Source: Macrostomum lignano
Lineage: Eukaryota
Direction of reading: 5' to 3'
Assembly: GCA_002269645.1 (NCBI GenBank)
Contig: NIVC01001573.1
Coordinates: 124,001 to 188,000 of the forward strand
Length of the DNA: 64,000 nucleotides
This document shows, one piece after another, positions 46,016 to 58,933 of this stretch. The position numbers were made by a program, and so were the translations under genes. The notes beneath the pieces are model-generated. The model ran no database searches. It was given only the letters and a program-made list of their open reading frames with translations, and had not been told where the DNA came from. Position 1 is the first letter of the stretch. Every line of letters begins with the position of its first letter.

Positions 46016-47821
46016 CTATTTTTAAAACTTCCAAATATGGTAAATGTTAACCTGAATGTGACCCAAGTCTCACCCTTTTCTATTCAAAAACCCCACCTGT
46101 CAAATAATAAAATTCCATTCGTGAACTCATAAAAAAACGGTTTTGAGCTCAAGGTCGACTCAAGGCCGACAAATTGTGTATAAAATACAAACACAAAATC
46201 CGAGCTCAAATCTCAGACTCGGAGCAGCCTCCAAAGATCTTGGGCTTTGCTAGAGCAGCCAAACGAGGCTATATCTCTGAGGAAGAGATAAACACCAATT
46301 GGTAAGCTTTGTTCAAGTCTTCGTTATTTTGATTATTGAGAGCGATTGTTATTGCCGGCCGTTACTGTTCAGTTGGTTTTATTGAGACTTTTGAGTCTGA
46401 GGCCTCCCTTTTTCTAACGGATTGGATAGGATCTGCGGACCGATTCCGATACCCTTAGAGGATCATCGAGTTATTGATTTTGGATTATCCTAGATTAACC
46501 GATAGGAGCACACGACTCCGATTTCGTTAGTTCTAGAAGAAGACGCCCTTTCTGGAGGACCTCGTATTGTTATTGAAGTTGATTTTGTTATTAGGGCGCA
46601 TCGTTGACATTGATTTCTGCACTCGAGGAATTCTGCGACGTCGATTTTATTGTTACGCTCTCGCTTTCGGCCGATTCTAGACTTCAGGAAGACTACCCCG
46701 GGAGGAACAGCTCTACGGAGATGAGCTCTACAGACACGCGCGACAAAGAGGAGCCCGCCACAGTAAGTGATCACTGATTTTGTTCCCAGGCTCAAGTGTC
46801 TGGAAGTGGGAGTTTTCGGGTGACTGATCACCACCCGACCAAACTCTTCATAGTCTTTCAATGGCGCGTGTTTAGCGGCGATTAACTCTTACCAGATGCC
46901 TGTATTTCGGCTACATTGCCGCACATTGCTGCCGTACAGACGATTATGAACACATGTAGATCTAGGCAGTTTATTGTTACGAGTAACTTTGGCGCTTGGT
47001 TGTTCTTCAATAAGAAGAATTTAGATAGAGTTTTCCAGCGCCTTAAAATCATAGCCAGTGTTTGAGATACCGGCTTTATATGCAATCGTTTTGTTTCTGC
47101 TGTCGTCAGAAACAGCTCTCGAGGATTTTTTTGCTGACAATGCGCTCTTGAAACGGTTTTAGAAGATTTAAAAAATACGATTAAATCATTGAATGCTTAA
47201 ATTTGTAACCCACCCCAGGCGTTACTAGCCTAACAAACAATCCCAAAAGCTAGTCGAAAGTTGAATCTGGCAATCCAACTTCCTTTCAAAAATTTTGCAA
47301 AAAACTAGCTTTGAATTTCCGTATGTTGCCAACGGCTCAAATGATTTGAAAAGAAACTTTTTTTAGAGTGAAGCAGCCGCCTCAGTGGCGCCTGAGAGTC
47401 GAAACGGAAGCTAGCACTCTTTGCAAAGACGGCCCCCGAGTAAAAAAGTCAGTTGCGGTGGGGAGTCTAAAGCACTTGAATCTAGCGGAATTTTTTGCAA
47501 ACCTCAACATTTAAAGTTATTGAAAGTTCAGAGTCTCCCTCTGGCGGTCCGGTGGGGTCTCGGTCTGCAGGACCGCCCTCACATAACGAAAGGCAGTCCA
47601 GTCCACGCCAGCCCACGGCAACGCCACAAAAAATTTGAAACTGATGGTTATGAGCAGACAAAATCAACAGCTACAAATAGGATTATGTTCTGGGATTATG
47701 TAATAAAGATAACCGACAGAAGTGTCGTCTCTGTCTTACTGTTTAAATTTGTCTATTTCAGTTTCCGTTCTTTTGGTTCAATGGTAGCGATATGTCTATC
47801 ATGAGAACAACACCGCAGAGT

Positions 47822-50800
47822 TCATGACTGGTCCATGTGCATGTAGCTCAGCCTGCGGGGCACAAACACCACAGCAAACGTGGCAATCAGGCCCAGGTAG
47901 ATACAGAAAAACAGCCGGTCCATAGTGCGCAGCAGGTCGCGCCAGTCAGCAGCCACAGCGTCGACGGTGTCCTCGCGACATCCGCGTCGCAAGAGTCGCC
48001 GAATGCTGCGCGCCACCCGGCGCAGATCCTTCTCCATGCGACTGGCTGGGAACTCGCTAGCTGCGCGAGTGCCGTCCTTGACACCGCCGCAGTTTTCAGT
48101 GTCGCTAGCCGATTCGGATGACTCGGAGGGCGTCGGGGTTGGCGACGGCGTCGGAGGTGGCGGCGGCGGCAGCAGTATCACCGAGTGCCGACTTCGGACT
48201 TGCAGCAGGCAGCCGATTGAGTCCAGCATGACCTTCGGGACGAACAAGAAGTGTCTAGTGTCAGAAGTTTTGTGTTTTGAGAAATTCACTTAAAATTCTT
48301 TCCTTGCTACTCTTTAGTAGACGATCTCGTATATGAGTACAGGGTGTGTTTCTGTTTGCGAGTGAGTGCACTGGTGTCAGTGGAATGAGCCTGGATAAGG
48401 CTGGAAGGCTGGAAGCTATCCAAGCTCCCTGCCAAACTGACTGACTAATCAAATTAACAAGCAGTGCTACGCTCGTACTACCGTAAGTAGCATACAGCAG
48501 CCTACTTTTTTAAGCATCGGATGCATCGGCTGCCTTGAGTCGCCGTTGTTAAAGTGCAGATTGACAATTATGCTGACCAGAAAAGTCGATACCGTTATCA
48601 TCACCATGTTGACGCAGTAATAGCAGCCTGAAAGCGTAAGAAAATGATAGACAGTGTGATACATGTAATGCAGAGCCAGTTCAGATGGACTATAAGAGTG
48701 ATAGCTTTTTTAGATGCTCTCAAAATTCCCAAACCGAAACTTGCTCACCAATCAGCGGGAAAGCCTCGACAGCGCTGGGGATGAGCTCTGCCAGCAGCAG
48801 CAGCAGAATGAAGAAAGCGACAAAGATGCTCATGCCTGGATTAGAGTTATTAATGGAGCTGGACTAATGGACTAGCTCTGTTATATACATACCGGTACAT
48901 GTAGTGTCAAGTAGGGCAACTTAAAAAAACGTCAAATGCACGTTTGGACACTGTCTGAACTGACTGATTCAATTAAATGTTAAACAGTTAACACTCCAGT
49001 GAAATTCTCGTCGCATTTTAAGCATCGAACGGGAGCTTATATTTCCGGCTAGCACGGAAAGTGATTTCTATGGTAATCTTAACTTCGATCTCATCATAGT
49101 CTCTCGCAAACTCTCGGAGCACAATCAGTCCCAGCACTTCGCTTACCAAGCAGCATCTTGGCGGGCGCCTCAGGCGGCAGGCAAAAGACCACCAAGGTGA
49201 GGCAGGATAGCAGGATGCACGGCACCACAAGGATGGCTACGTAGAATGACGGATTCCGCATCATGCGAATCCGGTAGTCCAGCAGGCGGTACCGCCTGAT
49301 CACGGGATTGCCTTCGGCGTCGTGTCCGCTCTCGTTGCGGTAGCGGACCCAGCTGCGGATCTGCAAGACCCGCTGGTCTGGATCGGCTATGCCCGCCTGG
49401 AATTTCAGAAGATTGGCGCGCGGTACTCGCTACTTACAGAGTAAACATGCGAGATTAAAAACTGGTGGAACATGGTGGGATCCATTCAATGATCTGATGA
49501 GGATGCAGTCTTGACCCATTCACTGATCTGATGAGGATGCAGTCTTGATCCATTCACTGATCTGATGAGGATGCAGTCTTGACCCATTCACTGATCTGGT
49601 GAGGATGCAGTCTTGACCCATTCAATGATCTGATGAGGATGCAGTCTTGACCCATTCAATGATCTGATGAGGATGCAGTCTTGACCCATTCAATGATCTG
49701 ATGAGGATGCAGTCTTGATCCATTCACTGATCTGATGAGGATGCAGTCTTGACCCATTCACTGATCTGGTGAGGATGCAGTCTTGACCCATTCAATGATC
49801 TGATGAGGATGCAGTCTTGACCCATTCAATGATCTGGTGAGGATGCAGTCTTGATCCATTCACTGATCTGATGAGGATGCAGTCTTGACCCATTCAATGA
49901 TCTGATGAGGATGCAGTCTTGATCCATTCACTGATCTGATGAGGATGCAGTCTTGACCCATTCAATGATCTGATGAGGATGCAGTCTTGACCCATTCAAT
50001 GATCTGATGAGGATGCAGTCTTGACCCATTCAATGATCTGATGAGGATGCAGTCTTGACCCATTCAATGATCTGATGAGGATGCAGTCTTGATCCATTCA
50101 CTGATCTGATGAGGATGCAGTCTTGACCCATTCAATGATCTGATGAGGATGCAGTCTTGACCCATTCAATGATCTGATGAGGATGCAGTCTTGATCCATT
50201 CACTGATCTGATGAGGATGCAGTCTTGAACAATTCACTGATCTGATGAGGATGCAGTCTTGATCCATTCACTGATCTGATGAGGATGCAGTCTTGATCCA
50301 TTCACTGATCTGATGAGGATGCAGTCTTGACCCATTCAATGATCTGATGAGGATGCAGTCTTGACCCATTCAATGATCTGATGAGGATGCAGTCTTGATC
50401 CATTCACTGATCTGATGAGGATGCAGTCTTGATCCATTCACTGATCTGATGAGGATGCAGTCTTGACCCATTCAATGATCTGATGAGGATGCAGTCTTGA
50501 TCCATTCACTGATCTGATGAGGATGCAGTCTTGACCAATTCACTGATCTGATGAGGATGCAGTCTTGATCCATTCACTGATCTGATGAGGATGCAGTCTT
50601 GATCCATTCACTGATCTGATGAGGATGCAGTCTTGACCCATTCAATGATCTGATGAGGATGCAGTCTTGATCCATTCACTGATCTGATGAGGATGCAGTC
50701 TTGATCCATTCACTGATCTGATGAGGATGCAGTCTTGACCAATTCACTGATCTGATGAGGATGCAGTCTTGATCCATTCAATGATCTGATGAGGATGCAG

Positions 50801-53800
50801 TCTTGATCCATTCACTGATCTGATGAGGATGCAGTCTTGATCCATTCACTGATCTGATGAGGATGCAGTCTTGACCAATTCACTGATCTGATGAGGATGC
50901 AGTCTTGACCAATTCACTGATCTGATGAGGATGCAGTCTTGATCCATTCACTGATCTGATGAGGATGCAGTCTTGACCCATTCAATGATCTGATGAGGAT
51001 GCAGTCTTGACCCATTCAATGATCTGATGAGGTTGCAGTCTTGACCCATTCACTGATCTGATGAGGATGCAGTCTTGACCCATTCAATGATCTGATGAGG
51101 ATGCAGTCTTGACCCATTCAATGATCTGATGAGGATGCAGTCTTGACCCATTCAATGATCTGATGAGGATGCAGTCTTGACCCATTCAATGATCTGATGA
51201 GGATGCAGTCTTGACCCATTCAATGATCTGATGAGGATGCAGTCTTGACCCATTCAATGATCTGATGAGGATGCAGTCTTGACCCATTCAATGATCTGAT
51301 GAGGATGCAGTCTTGACCCATTCAATGATCTGATGAGGATGCAGTCTTGACCCATTCACTGATCTGATGAGGATGCAGTCTTGACCCATTCAATGATCTG
51401 ATGAGGATGCAGTCTTGACCCATTCAATGATCTGATGAGGATGCAGTCTTGACCCATTCAATGATCTGATGAGGATGCAGTCTTGACCCATTCAATGATC
51501 TGATGAGGATGCAGTCTTGACCCATTCAATGATCTGATGAGGATGCAGTCTTGACCCATTTACTGATCTGATGAGGATGCAGTCTTGACCCATTCAATGA
51601 TCTGATGAGGATGCAGTCTTGACCCATTCAATGATCTGATGAGGATGCAGTCTTGACCCATTCACTGATCTGATGAGGATGCAGTCTTGACCCATTCAAT
51701 GATCTGATGAGGATGCAGTCTTGACCCATTCAATGATCTGATGAGGATGCAGTCTTGACCCATTCAATGATCTGATGAGGATGCAGTCTTGACCCATTCA
51801 ATGATCTGATGAGGATGCAGTCTTGACCCATTCAATGATCTGATGAGGATGCAGTCTTGACCCATTCAATGATCTGATGAGGATGCAGTCTTGACCCATT
51901 CAATGATCTGATGAGGATGCAGTCTTGACCCATTCAATGATCTGATGAGGATGCAGTCTTGACCCATTCAATGATCTGATGAGGATGCAGTCTTGACCCA
52001 TTCAATGATCTGATGAGGATGCAGTCTTGACCAGTTCACTGATCTGATGAGGATGCAGTCTTGACCAGTTCACTGATCTGATGAGGATGCAGTCTTGACC
52101 AGTTCACTGATCTGATGAGGATGCAGTCTTGACCAGTTCACTGATCTGATGAGGATGCAGTCTTGACCAGTTCACTGATCTGATGAGGATGCAGTCTTGA
52201 CCCATTCAATGATCTGATGAGGATGCAGTCTTGACCCATTCAATGATCTGATGAGGATGCAGTCTTGACCCATTCAATGATCTGATGAGGATGCAGTCTT
52301 GACCAGTTCACTGATCTGATGAGGATGCAGTCTTGACCAGTTCACTGATCTGATGAGGATGCAGTCTTGACCAGTTCACTGATCTGATGAGGATGCAGTC
52401 TTGACCAGTTCACTGATCTGATGAGGATGCAGTCTTGACCAGTTCACTGATCTGATGAGGATGCAGTCTTGACCCATTCAATGATCTGATGAGGATGCAG
52501 TCTTGACCCATTCAATGATCTGATGAGGATGCAGTCTTGACCCATTCAATGATCTGATGAGGATGCAGTCTTGACCAGTTCACTGATCTGATGAGGATGC
52601 AGTCTTGACCAGTTCACTGATCTGATGAGGATGCAGTCTTGACCAGTTCACTGATCTGATGAGGATGCAGTCTTGACCCATTCACTGATCTGATGAGGTC
52701 AAGACTGCTGAGTGCATCCTCAGCAGTCTAGAATGTTGTTGAAGAAAAACAAAAATAATTTCTCGAAACTATCGCTAGAGCGTTGGTGGGAAGTTCCGCA
52801 CCGAAGGAAAATCCTCTGTGGCCATGCAAGAGGGATGTGTAGCGAAATTCTAAAAGTAAGATAAGTTAACCGATGATAACCTCCAGCTCTCCGTCAGTGG
52901 CCCACTCGTTGCTGACTACATAGTCGCTAAAGTCGACAAACGGCAGCGGTTTTCGAGTCGTCGTAACATCATCATCGGCTCCAGTAGAGTCGCTTTCGCT
53001 TGCATTGCCATCTGAGGCCGAGGACGGCACTCTGACCAGAGCCCAGTCGAGTCGGAGGTGTCGCTCGTCGTATGTCCAGGAGCCGAACCGCATTCGACAG
53101 ATCTGGAAAGGTTTTTACTACTGAATGTGTTGAACACCTGAGATCACTTACAGCTTTTTGTACGCGCAGTAAAACTTAAGTATCTCGGTTTTAGTCATGG
53201 GATATCTATGGTTTCTCCCTGGTTATGAGATATCTAGGGCTCCTGCTGGTCATGAGATATCTAGGGTTCCTCCATGGTCATGAGATATCTAGGGTTCCTC
53301 CCTGGTCATGAGATATCTAGGGTTCCTCCCTGGTCATGAGGTATCTAGGGTTCCTCCCTGGTCATGAGATATCTATGGTTCCTCTCTGGTCATGAGATAT
53401 CTAGGATTCCTCTCTGGTCATGAGATATCTAGGGTTCCTCCCTGGTCATGAGCTATCTAGGGTTCCTCCCTGGTTATGAGATATCTAGGGTTCCTCTCTG
53501 GTTATGAGATATCTAGGGTTCCTCCATGGTCATGAGATATCTAGGGTTCCTCCATGGTCATGAGATATCTAGGGTTCCTCCCTGATCATGAGATATCTAT
53601 GGTTCCTCTCTGGTCATGAGATATCTAGGGTTCCTCCATGGTCATGAGATATCTAGGGTTCCTCCATGGTCATGAGGTATCTAGGGTTCCTCCATGGTCA
53701 TGAGATATCTAGGGTTCCTCTCTGGTCATGAGATATCTAGGGTTCCTCGCTGGTCATGAGATATCTAGGGTTCCTCCCTGGTCATGAGATATCTAGGGTT

Positions 53801-56576
53801 CCTCCCTGGTCATGAGACATCTATGGTTCCTCTCTGGTCATGAGATATCTAGGGTTCCTCCATGGTCATGAGATATCTAGGGTTTCTCCATGGTCATGAG
53901 ATATCTAGGGTTCCTCCCTGGTCATGAGATATCTATGGTTCCTCTCTGGTCATGAGATATCTAGGGTTCCTCCCTGGTCATGAGCTATCTAGGGTTCCTA
54001 CCTGGTTATGAGATATCTAGGGTTCCTCTCTGGTTATGAGATATCTAGGGTTCCTCCATGGTCATGAGATATCTAGGGTTCCTCCATGGTCATGAGATAT
54101 CTAGGGTTCCTCCATGGTCATGAGATATCTAGGGTTCCTCCCTGGTCATGAGATATCTATGGTTCCTCTCTGGTCATGAGATATCTAGGGTTCCTCCCTG
54201 GTCATGAGCTATCTAGGGTTCCTACCTGGTTATGAGATATCTAGGGTTCCTCTCTGGTTATGAGATATCTAGGGTTCCTCCATGGTCATGAGATATCTAG
54301 GGTTCCTCCATGGTCATGAGATATCTAGGGTTCCTCCCTGGTCATGAGGAGATATCTAGGTTTCCTCCCTGGTCATGAGAAATCTAGGGATCGGCTTTGA
54401 TTGGTGTTTTTCTGAAAGTGCACAACATCAAATCAGGAGCAAGCACTGGACGCTCACTACGCCCTGGGCGGCCGGAAAAGCTATCGACTAAAGTTCTTGA
54501 TCATCTGAAAACATCGCCAGATGCGTAACTCAGCCTCCAGACCGCCGTGACTTGCCCCTTTCGTCTTTTCCGGTAACGCGTTCGCGCTGGAGCAAACCAT
54601 GTTTTGCTTTGATAGCAGTCAGCTCGTCTGCACCAAAGTCGTCTGTAAGAACACCTCAAGAAATACTTCACAGAGGGATTTACGAGTCTCTAAATACTAA
54701 TCGATATCGATTCATTATGCAAGGCTGAACCCAAAAGACCTGCTGGGACTTCAAGTTCTGCAAGCACCGCATGGAGCATCAACCACATCAGAAAAAAGGA
54801 GTAAACGGTCGTCGCTCACCTGAGTGTCAAACGGAAACATTCGAATTTGCACCTTGCAGGTGGTCTTTAGCAGGGCCTGCGGTATCCAGAGAACGTGCCC
54901 GTTGCGGTTCACAACTATGCGGGCCTCGCGACGCTCAAAAATTCGTTCGTCGGCGCTGTGAACAGGTGGGAGTTTTTGATATGGAAGGATGAGCAGCATA
55001 TTTGTGAAATATGTTCTGCAAGAGGCCTGGCTCACAAATTGTACAGCTTAACATCGGGCGTCCACACTTTCGATGGCGGCAGTCGGATCTGCTTGACCTG
55101 CTGGAACTCCGGCTGTGTCCAGTTCTTCCAGGACAGAAGCCGGTCGTGCCAGCTCTGCGGGCGAGATGCCATTCTCTAATCACGAGTGTATCTTGCTTTT
55201 AGGGTTGCTAGGTACCTGTTTACGATCGTACATGTATTACTGAAGAAGTTTTCATTATTTCGTTATGCTTACGAAATGTATTGATGTAATGCCTGGGGTC
55301 GGCAAACTCTGGCATCTCTAACCGGCTCTCGGGTCTTTTGAAACTTCTTATTAGCAATCCGGACCGCTCAAGGTTTGCGTCTCTTCTCAGCTCTTTTTCC
55401 TCCTCTCCCCTCTCCTCTTTCCCTTCTCTCCCCTCACCCTTTTCTCCCTTTCTTCTTTCCCTTCTCTTCCCTCTTCTCTCTCTCCCCTGTCCTCTACTCG
55501 CAAAAATGCAAGTTTTAGTCCCCTTCTGCTTGAGTTGTCCCTGAGCCTAAACGATCCAAATCAGTGGTGAGGTGGAAGGCCTTTAGTTTAATAGATGTGA
55601 TGGCAGCGAAGTTTTGTGCTGCTTTGCGCATATATTTATATTTACAAGACTGAAGGGGCGTAGGGAGGTGCGAAAAGGTGGCGTGGCGTGATAGGCTGCG
55701 CCAACCCCCCCCCCGGCTTAGCGAGCTGGCTAGCTTGGTGCACACCCACCCCACCTCAGCTAGACAGAGGTTGGGGGGTTTCCAGTGCGGCTGTGCACTG
55801 GTGCTTGCCGGTCGCGTACAGTCGGGCCGCCACAAGTGGCTATTTTTCTTGCAGGTTAAGAAAAGCAGTTAAATGAAACGGCGCTTTTGCCGCCAAGCTC
55901 ACAAATCTCAGCCAGCAGTTGGTGCGCAGCATCTGCTGGTTCTCCTGCAGGTCGAGGATCTGGATAAGCGCCAGGCCCAGACGCACCGAGACAACTTCGC
56001 TGTTGTTCTCGACTGGGCGGCCCAGAATGCCGAGACTGCGATAGCGGCGAAGGATTTCCGTTATTAGCCGCTTCTCCACGGCCGATTGAGCTTCGAGCGC
56101 TGCGGCCAGTGAGGAAGTCAGAACGGCGACTACTGCTCGAGAATGATAGGGCATAGCGGAGGGTGATAGGGCATAGCGGAGGGTGATAGGGCATAGCGGA
56201 GGGTGAGAGGGCATAGCGGAGGGTGAGAGGGCATAGCGGAGGGTGAGAGGGCATAGCGGAGGGTGATAGGGCATAGCGGAGGGTGCTAGGGCATAGCGGA
56301 GGGTGATAGGGCATAGCGGAGGGTGAGAGGGCATAGCGGAGGGTGAGAAGGCATAACGGAGGGTGAGGGAGAATAGCAGAGAGTGAGAGAGCATAGAGGA
56401 GGGTGAGAGGGTATAAGGGGGGGGCGAGGCAGAAAGTATGGCTAAGGAGGCGACGCAGAGGGCGTAGCGGAGGGCGAGGCAGAGGGCAAAGCTCTTGTAA
56501 ATTAAACCTACAAGTCGTATCAAAATTTGCAAAAATTTTTAACCGCCCACTTACGCAACAGTGCCGCGCGAGTCAT
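47822..56576 (-). CDS. Nicotinic acetylcholine receptor (Cys-loop) subunit, non-alpha, predicted anion-selective type. Exons 56555-56576, 55903-56135, 55036-55154, 54820-54955, 52881-53102, 49147-49396, 48749-48835, 48506-48627, 47822-48232
   Basis: Signal peptide, WTPDVKLYN, Cys-loop CKVQIRMFPFDTQIC, FGSWTYD, four TM helices, PPEAPAK before M2, and DRLFF before M4. Phases consistent, 1602 nt; the 52881 donor is weak. Confidence 0.9.
49475..52697. repeat. 34-bp intronic minisatellite (GATCTGATGAGGATGCAGTCTTGACCCATTCAAT), about 95 copies
   Basis: Period 34 measured (49627 to 49661). Confidence 0.97.
53200..54390. repeat. 28-bp intronic minisatellite (GGTCATGAGATATCTAGGGTTCCTCCCT)
   Basis: Direct. 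Confidence 0.95.
56145..56480. repeat. 20-bp intronic minisatellite (GGGCATAGCGGAGGGTGATA)
   Basis: Direct; intron 1 of the receptor gene, ending next to the acceptor. Confidence 0.9.
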
Positions 56577-57394
56577 GCTGCTTTAGACTTTATGTCTCAC
56601 GCTCGTAGAAAAATGGATATATCTAAACAGTTAGAGCTCTGTTATTGAATTCCTGCTTTCCCAATGTCCTGCTTCATCTGACTTCCTAAACGATAAACTT
56701 ATACACTCGTACATCGCATGTGTGGCAGTTGTTTCAGTTGCCCCACAGCAGCCGGAGGGCAGAGAGTATCTGCAGGATGCACATTGTTATTAAAATTTAC
56801 GATGCCCATCGGTGGGGCTGCAGGCTTGAACCAATCAGTTTCTGTTGGAATTAACGGCAAAAAAGTGAGGCTGGTCGGAAAATCCTGCGCTGCCAGCTTT
56901 TGGGCAGCTGAGAGGCTGAGCTCAGATGATGAGGGCGGGTGCCGGGAAACCGGGCCAGTCATGGAGGAGAGGGGAAGCACTGATGCTGGTCGGGACAGAG
57001 CAACCGCAGGTGTCCAGGAATTCATGCAGTGTGCCCTGTATAGCTTTGATGGAGCTTGGCAGAAATAAGAAAGATAGAAATCGGAAAGATAGAAGAGCGA
57101 ACAAACAAAAAAGACTCAATAACAAACCATTTTGTGTAATTTGATCAACAACTCACGGCCAACTGATTAACATTAAAAAAATTGAATGATGCTGTATTTC
57201 CGTCTCATTTGCTGGTAATACTCAGCCGCATCAAGGCTTGAAACTGGATTACAAAAATGAAAATTTTACATTGCTATCAAAGGAATCACCGACGAGAAAG
57301 CCTGAAATAAGCATACCGGTATTGAGCAGCAGAGAAGCAGGAATATTGCGCACAAATATTGTCAATATACATAAACTTCGCATGGGGTCTATCA

Positions 57395-57582
57395 CCTCTC
57401 ATTGGCTGGCTACCCCTCTCCACCACTGATTGGCTGGCTATCCCCTCCGCACTCCTCATTGGCTGGCTACCCCCTCCCACCCCTCATTGGCTGGCTACCC
57501 CCTCCCCACCCCTTTAGTGGTTGGCTACCCCCTCCCCATTCCTTCAGTGGCTGGCTACCCCCTCCCCACCCCTCATTGGCTG
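57395..57582. promoter_or_regulatory. Short ~28-bp tandem array carrying five CCAAT boxes (AGCCAATGA/CA on the - strand)
   Basis: ATTGGCTG near 57402, 57429, 57457, 57486 and 57575; 0.8-1.0 kb upstream of the receptor ATG. Confidence 0.45.
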
Positions 57583-58129
57583 CTACAGATTCTGATTTGT
57601 CAGTAGGAAAACTTACACAAAACCACAGGCGGGTGGGAACTAGCAGAAAGTGCAGGTGTGAACACAAATGAATAATTTATTTTAACTCAACAGTACAAAA
57701 ACGGTGTTAAGTAGCTGAATCGCGGTTCATGGTAAAAAATGAGTTGAATTTAACCAAAGCAAACATTCAAACCAGCGCTTGCTACTTGTTTTAGAAAAAT
57801 CTCGATATCTAGGTGCGCATTCTTCTGTGGAGAAATCGAAGCATTACAAATTAAACTGGATAAAAATAGCATTACAGATTTTTTTAGCATCTGTGAGGAC
57901 TAATGATAAAAAAATCGCTAATGTCGCTCTCAAGTATAAAACAATGAAAAATTAATTTGATATCTAAAGCAAGATATTTTACTTCTTTAAATTAAGAACG
58001 CATCTTGGAAACCTTCCAACCCCTAAGCTATTTTCAACGTACATGTAGGAGTGTAAAAATTTGCTAACTTGCTGAGAATTTTGACGTCTAAGATCTTCTA
58101 AGCATAATAAGGAGGCTCGTGGGGTACAC

Positions 58130-58590
58130 AGCGCTCACACAGGATGTACACACGCTCACACAGGATGTACACACGCTCACACAGGATGTACACACGCTCA
58201 CACAGGGTGTACACACGCTCACACAGGGTGTACACACGCTCACACAGGGTGTACATACGCTCACACAGGGTGTACATACGCTCACACAGGGTGTACACAC
58301 GCTCACACAGGGTGTACACACGCTCACACAGGGTGTACACATGCTCACACAGGGTGTACACATGCTCACACAGGGTGTACACACGCTCACACAGGGTGTA
58401 CACACGCTTACACAGGGTGTACACACGCTCACACAGGGTGTACACACGCTCACACAGGGTGTACACATGCTCACACAGGGTGTACACATGCTCACACAGG
58501 GTGTACACACGCTCACACAGGGTGTACACACGCTTACACAGGGTGTACACACGCTCACACAGGGTGTACACACGCTCACACAGGGTGTAC
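58130..58590. repeat. 21-bp minisatellite (CACACGCTCACACAGGGTGTA)
   Basis: Direct; source of four spurious ORFs. Confidence 0.95.
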
Positions 58591-58933
58591 AGCGACCCAG
58601 ACTTAAGAGAAACAGCCCCATCATGAGCCATTAAAAAGTTGGTAGCGAAATATCGAGCGCTCATCTTTATAAAAAGCGTCGAAGGCTAGTAGAATTTTCA
58701 GAGCCTTCAACACGATGCCGATGTGAAAGCTCGGCCACTGGCTCTCCTCCAACGCTGGTTGCAAAATCATTTTAAGGCAAAGGCTAATTCGGGAGTACTG
58801 AAGTTAAATCTTAGAACACGTGTCTATTCACATCGCTCATGAAAGCACTCTCGCAGTGATGAAAATAATGAAGTTCAAATGGTTTCCACACCTCAGAGAG
58901 TTCAAGTGCAACTGTTGGATCAACTGCTTTCTG

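Noticed and set aside
49475-52697. CTGATGAG in every 34-bp unit suggested tandem hammerhead ribozymes, as in schistosome satellites
   Set aside because: No GAAA core half or compatible stems in the unit; the motif is also antisense to the host transcript
49475-52697. Box C/D-like motifs (TGATGA, CTGA) suggesting a snoRNA array
   Set aside because: The motifs overlap each other, lie on the non-transcribed strand of the intron, and leave no guide region
55270-55330. GGGGTCGGCAAAC resembling a hAT/MITE terminal inverted repeat
   Set aside because: No matching opposite terminus or TSD found
58088-58664. Four ORFs on both strands with 7-aa periodicity
   Set aside because: Products of the 21-bp minisatellite
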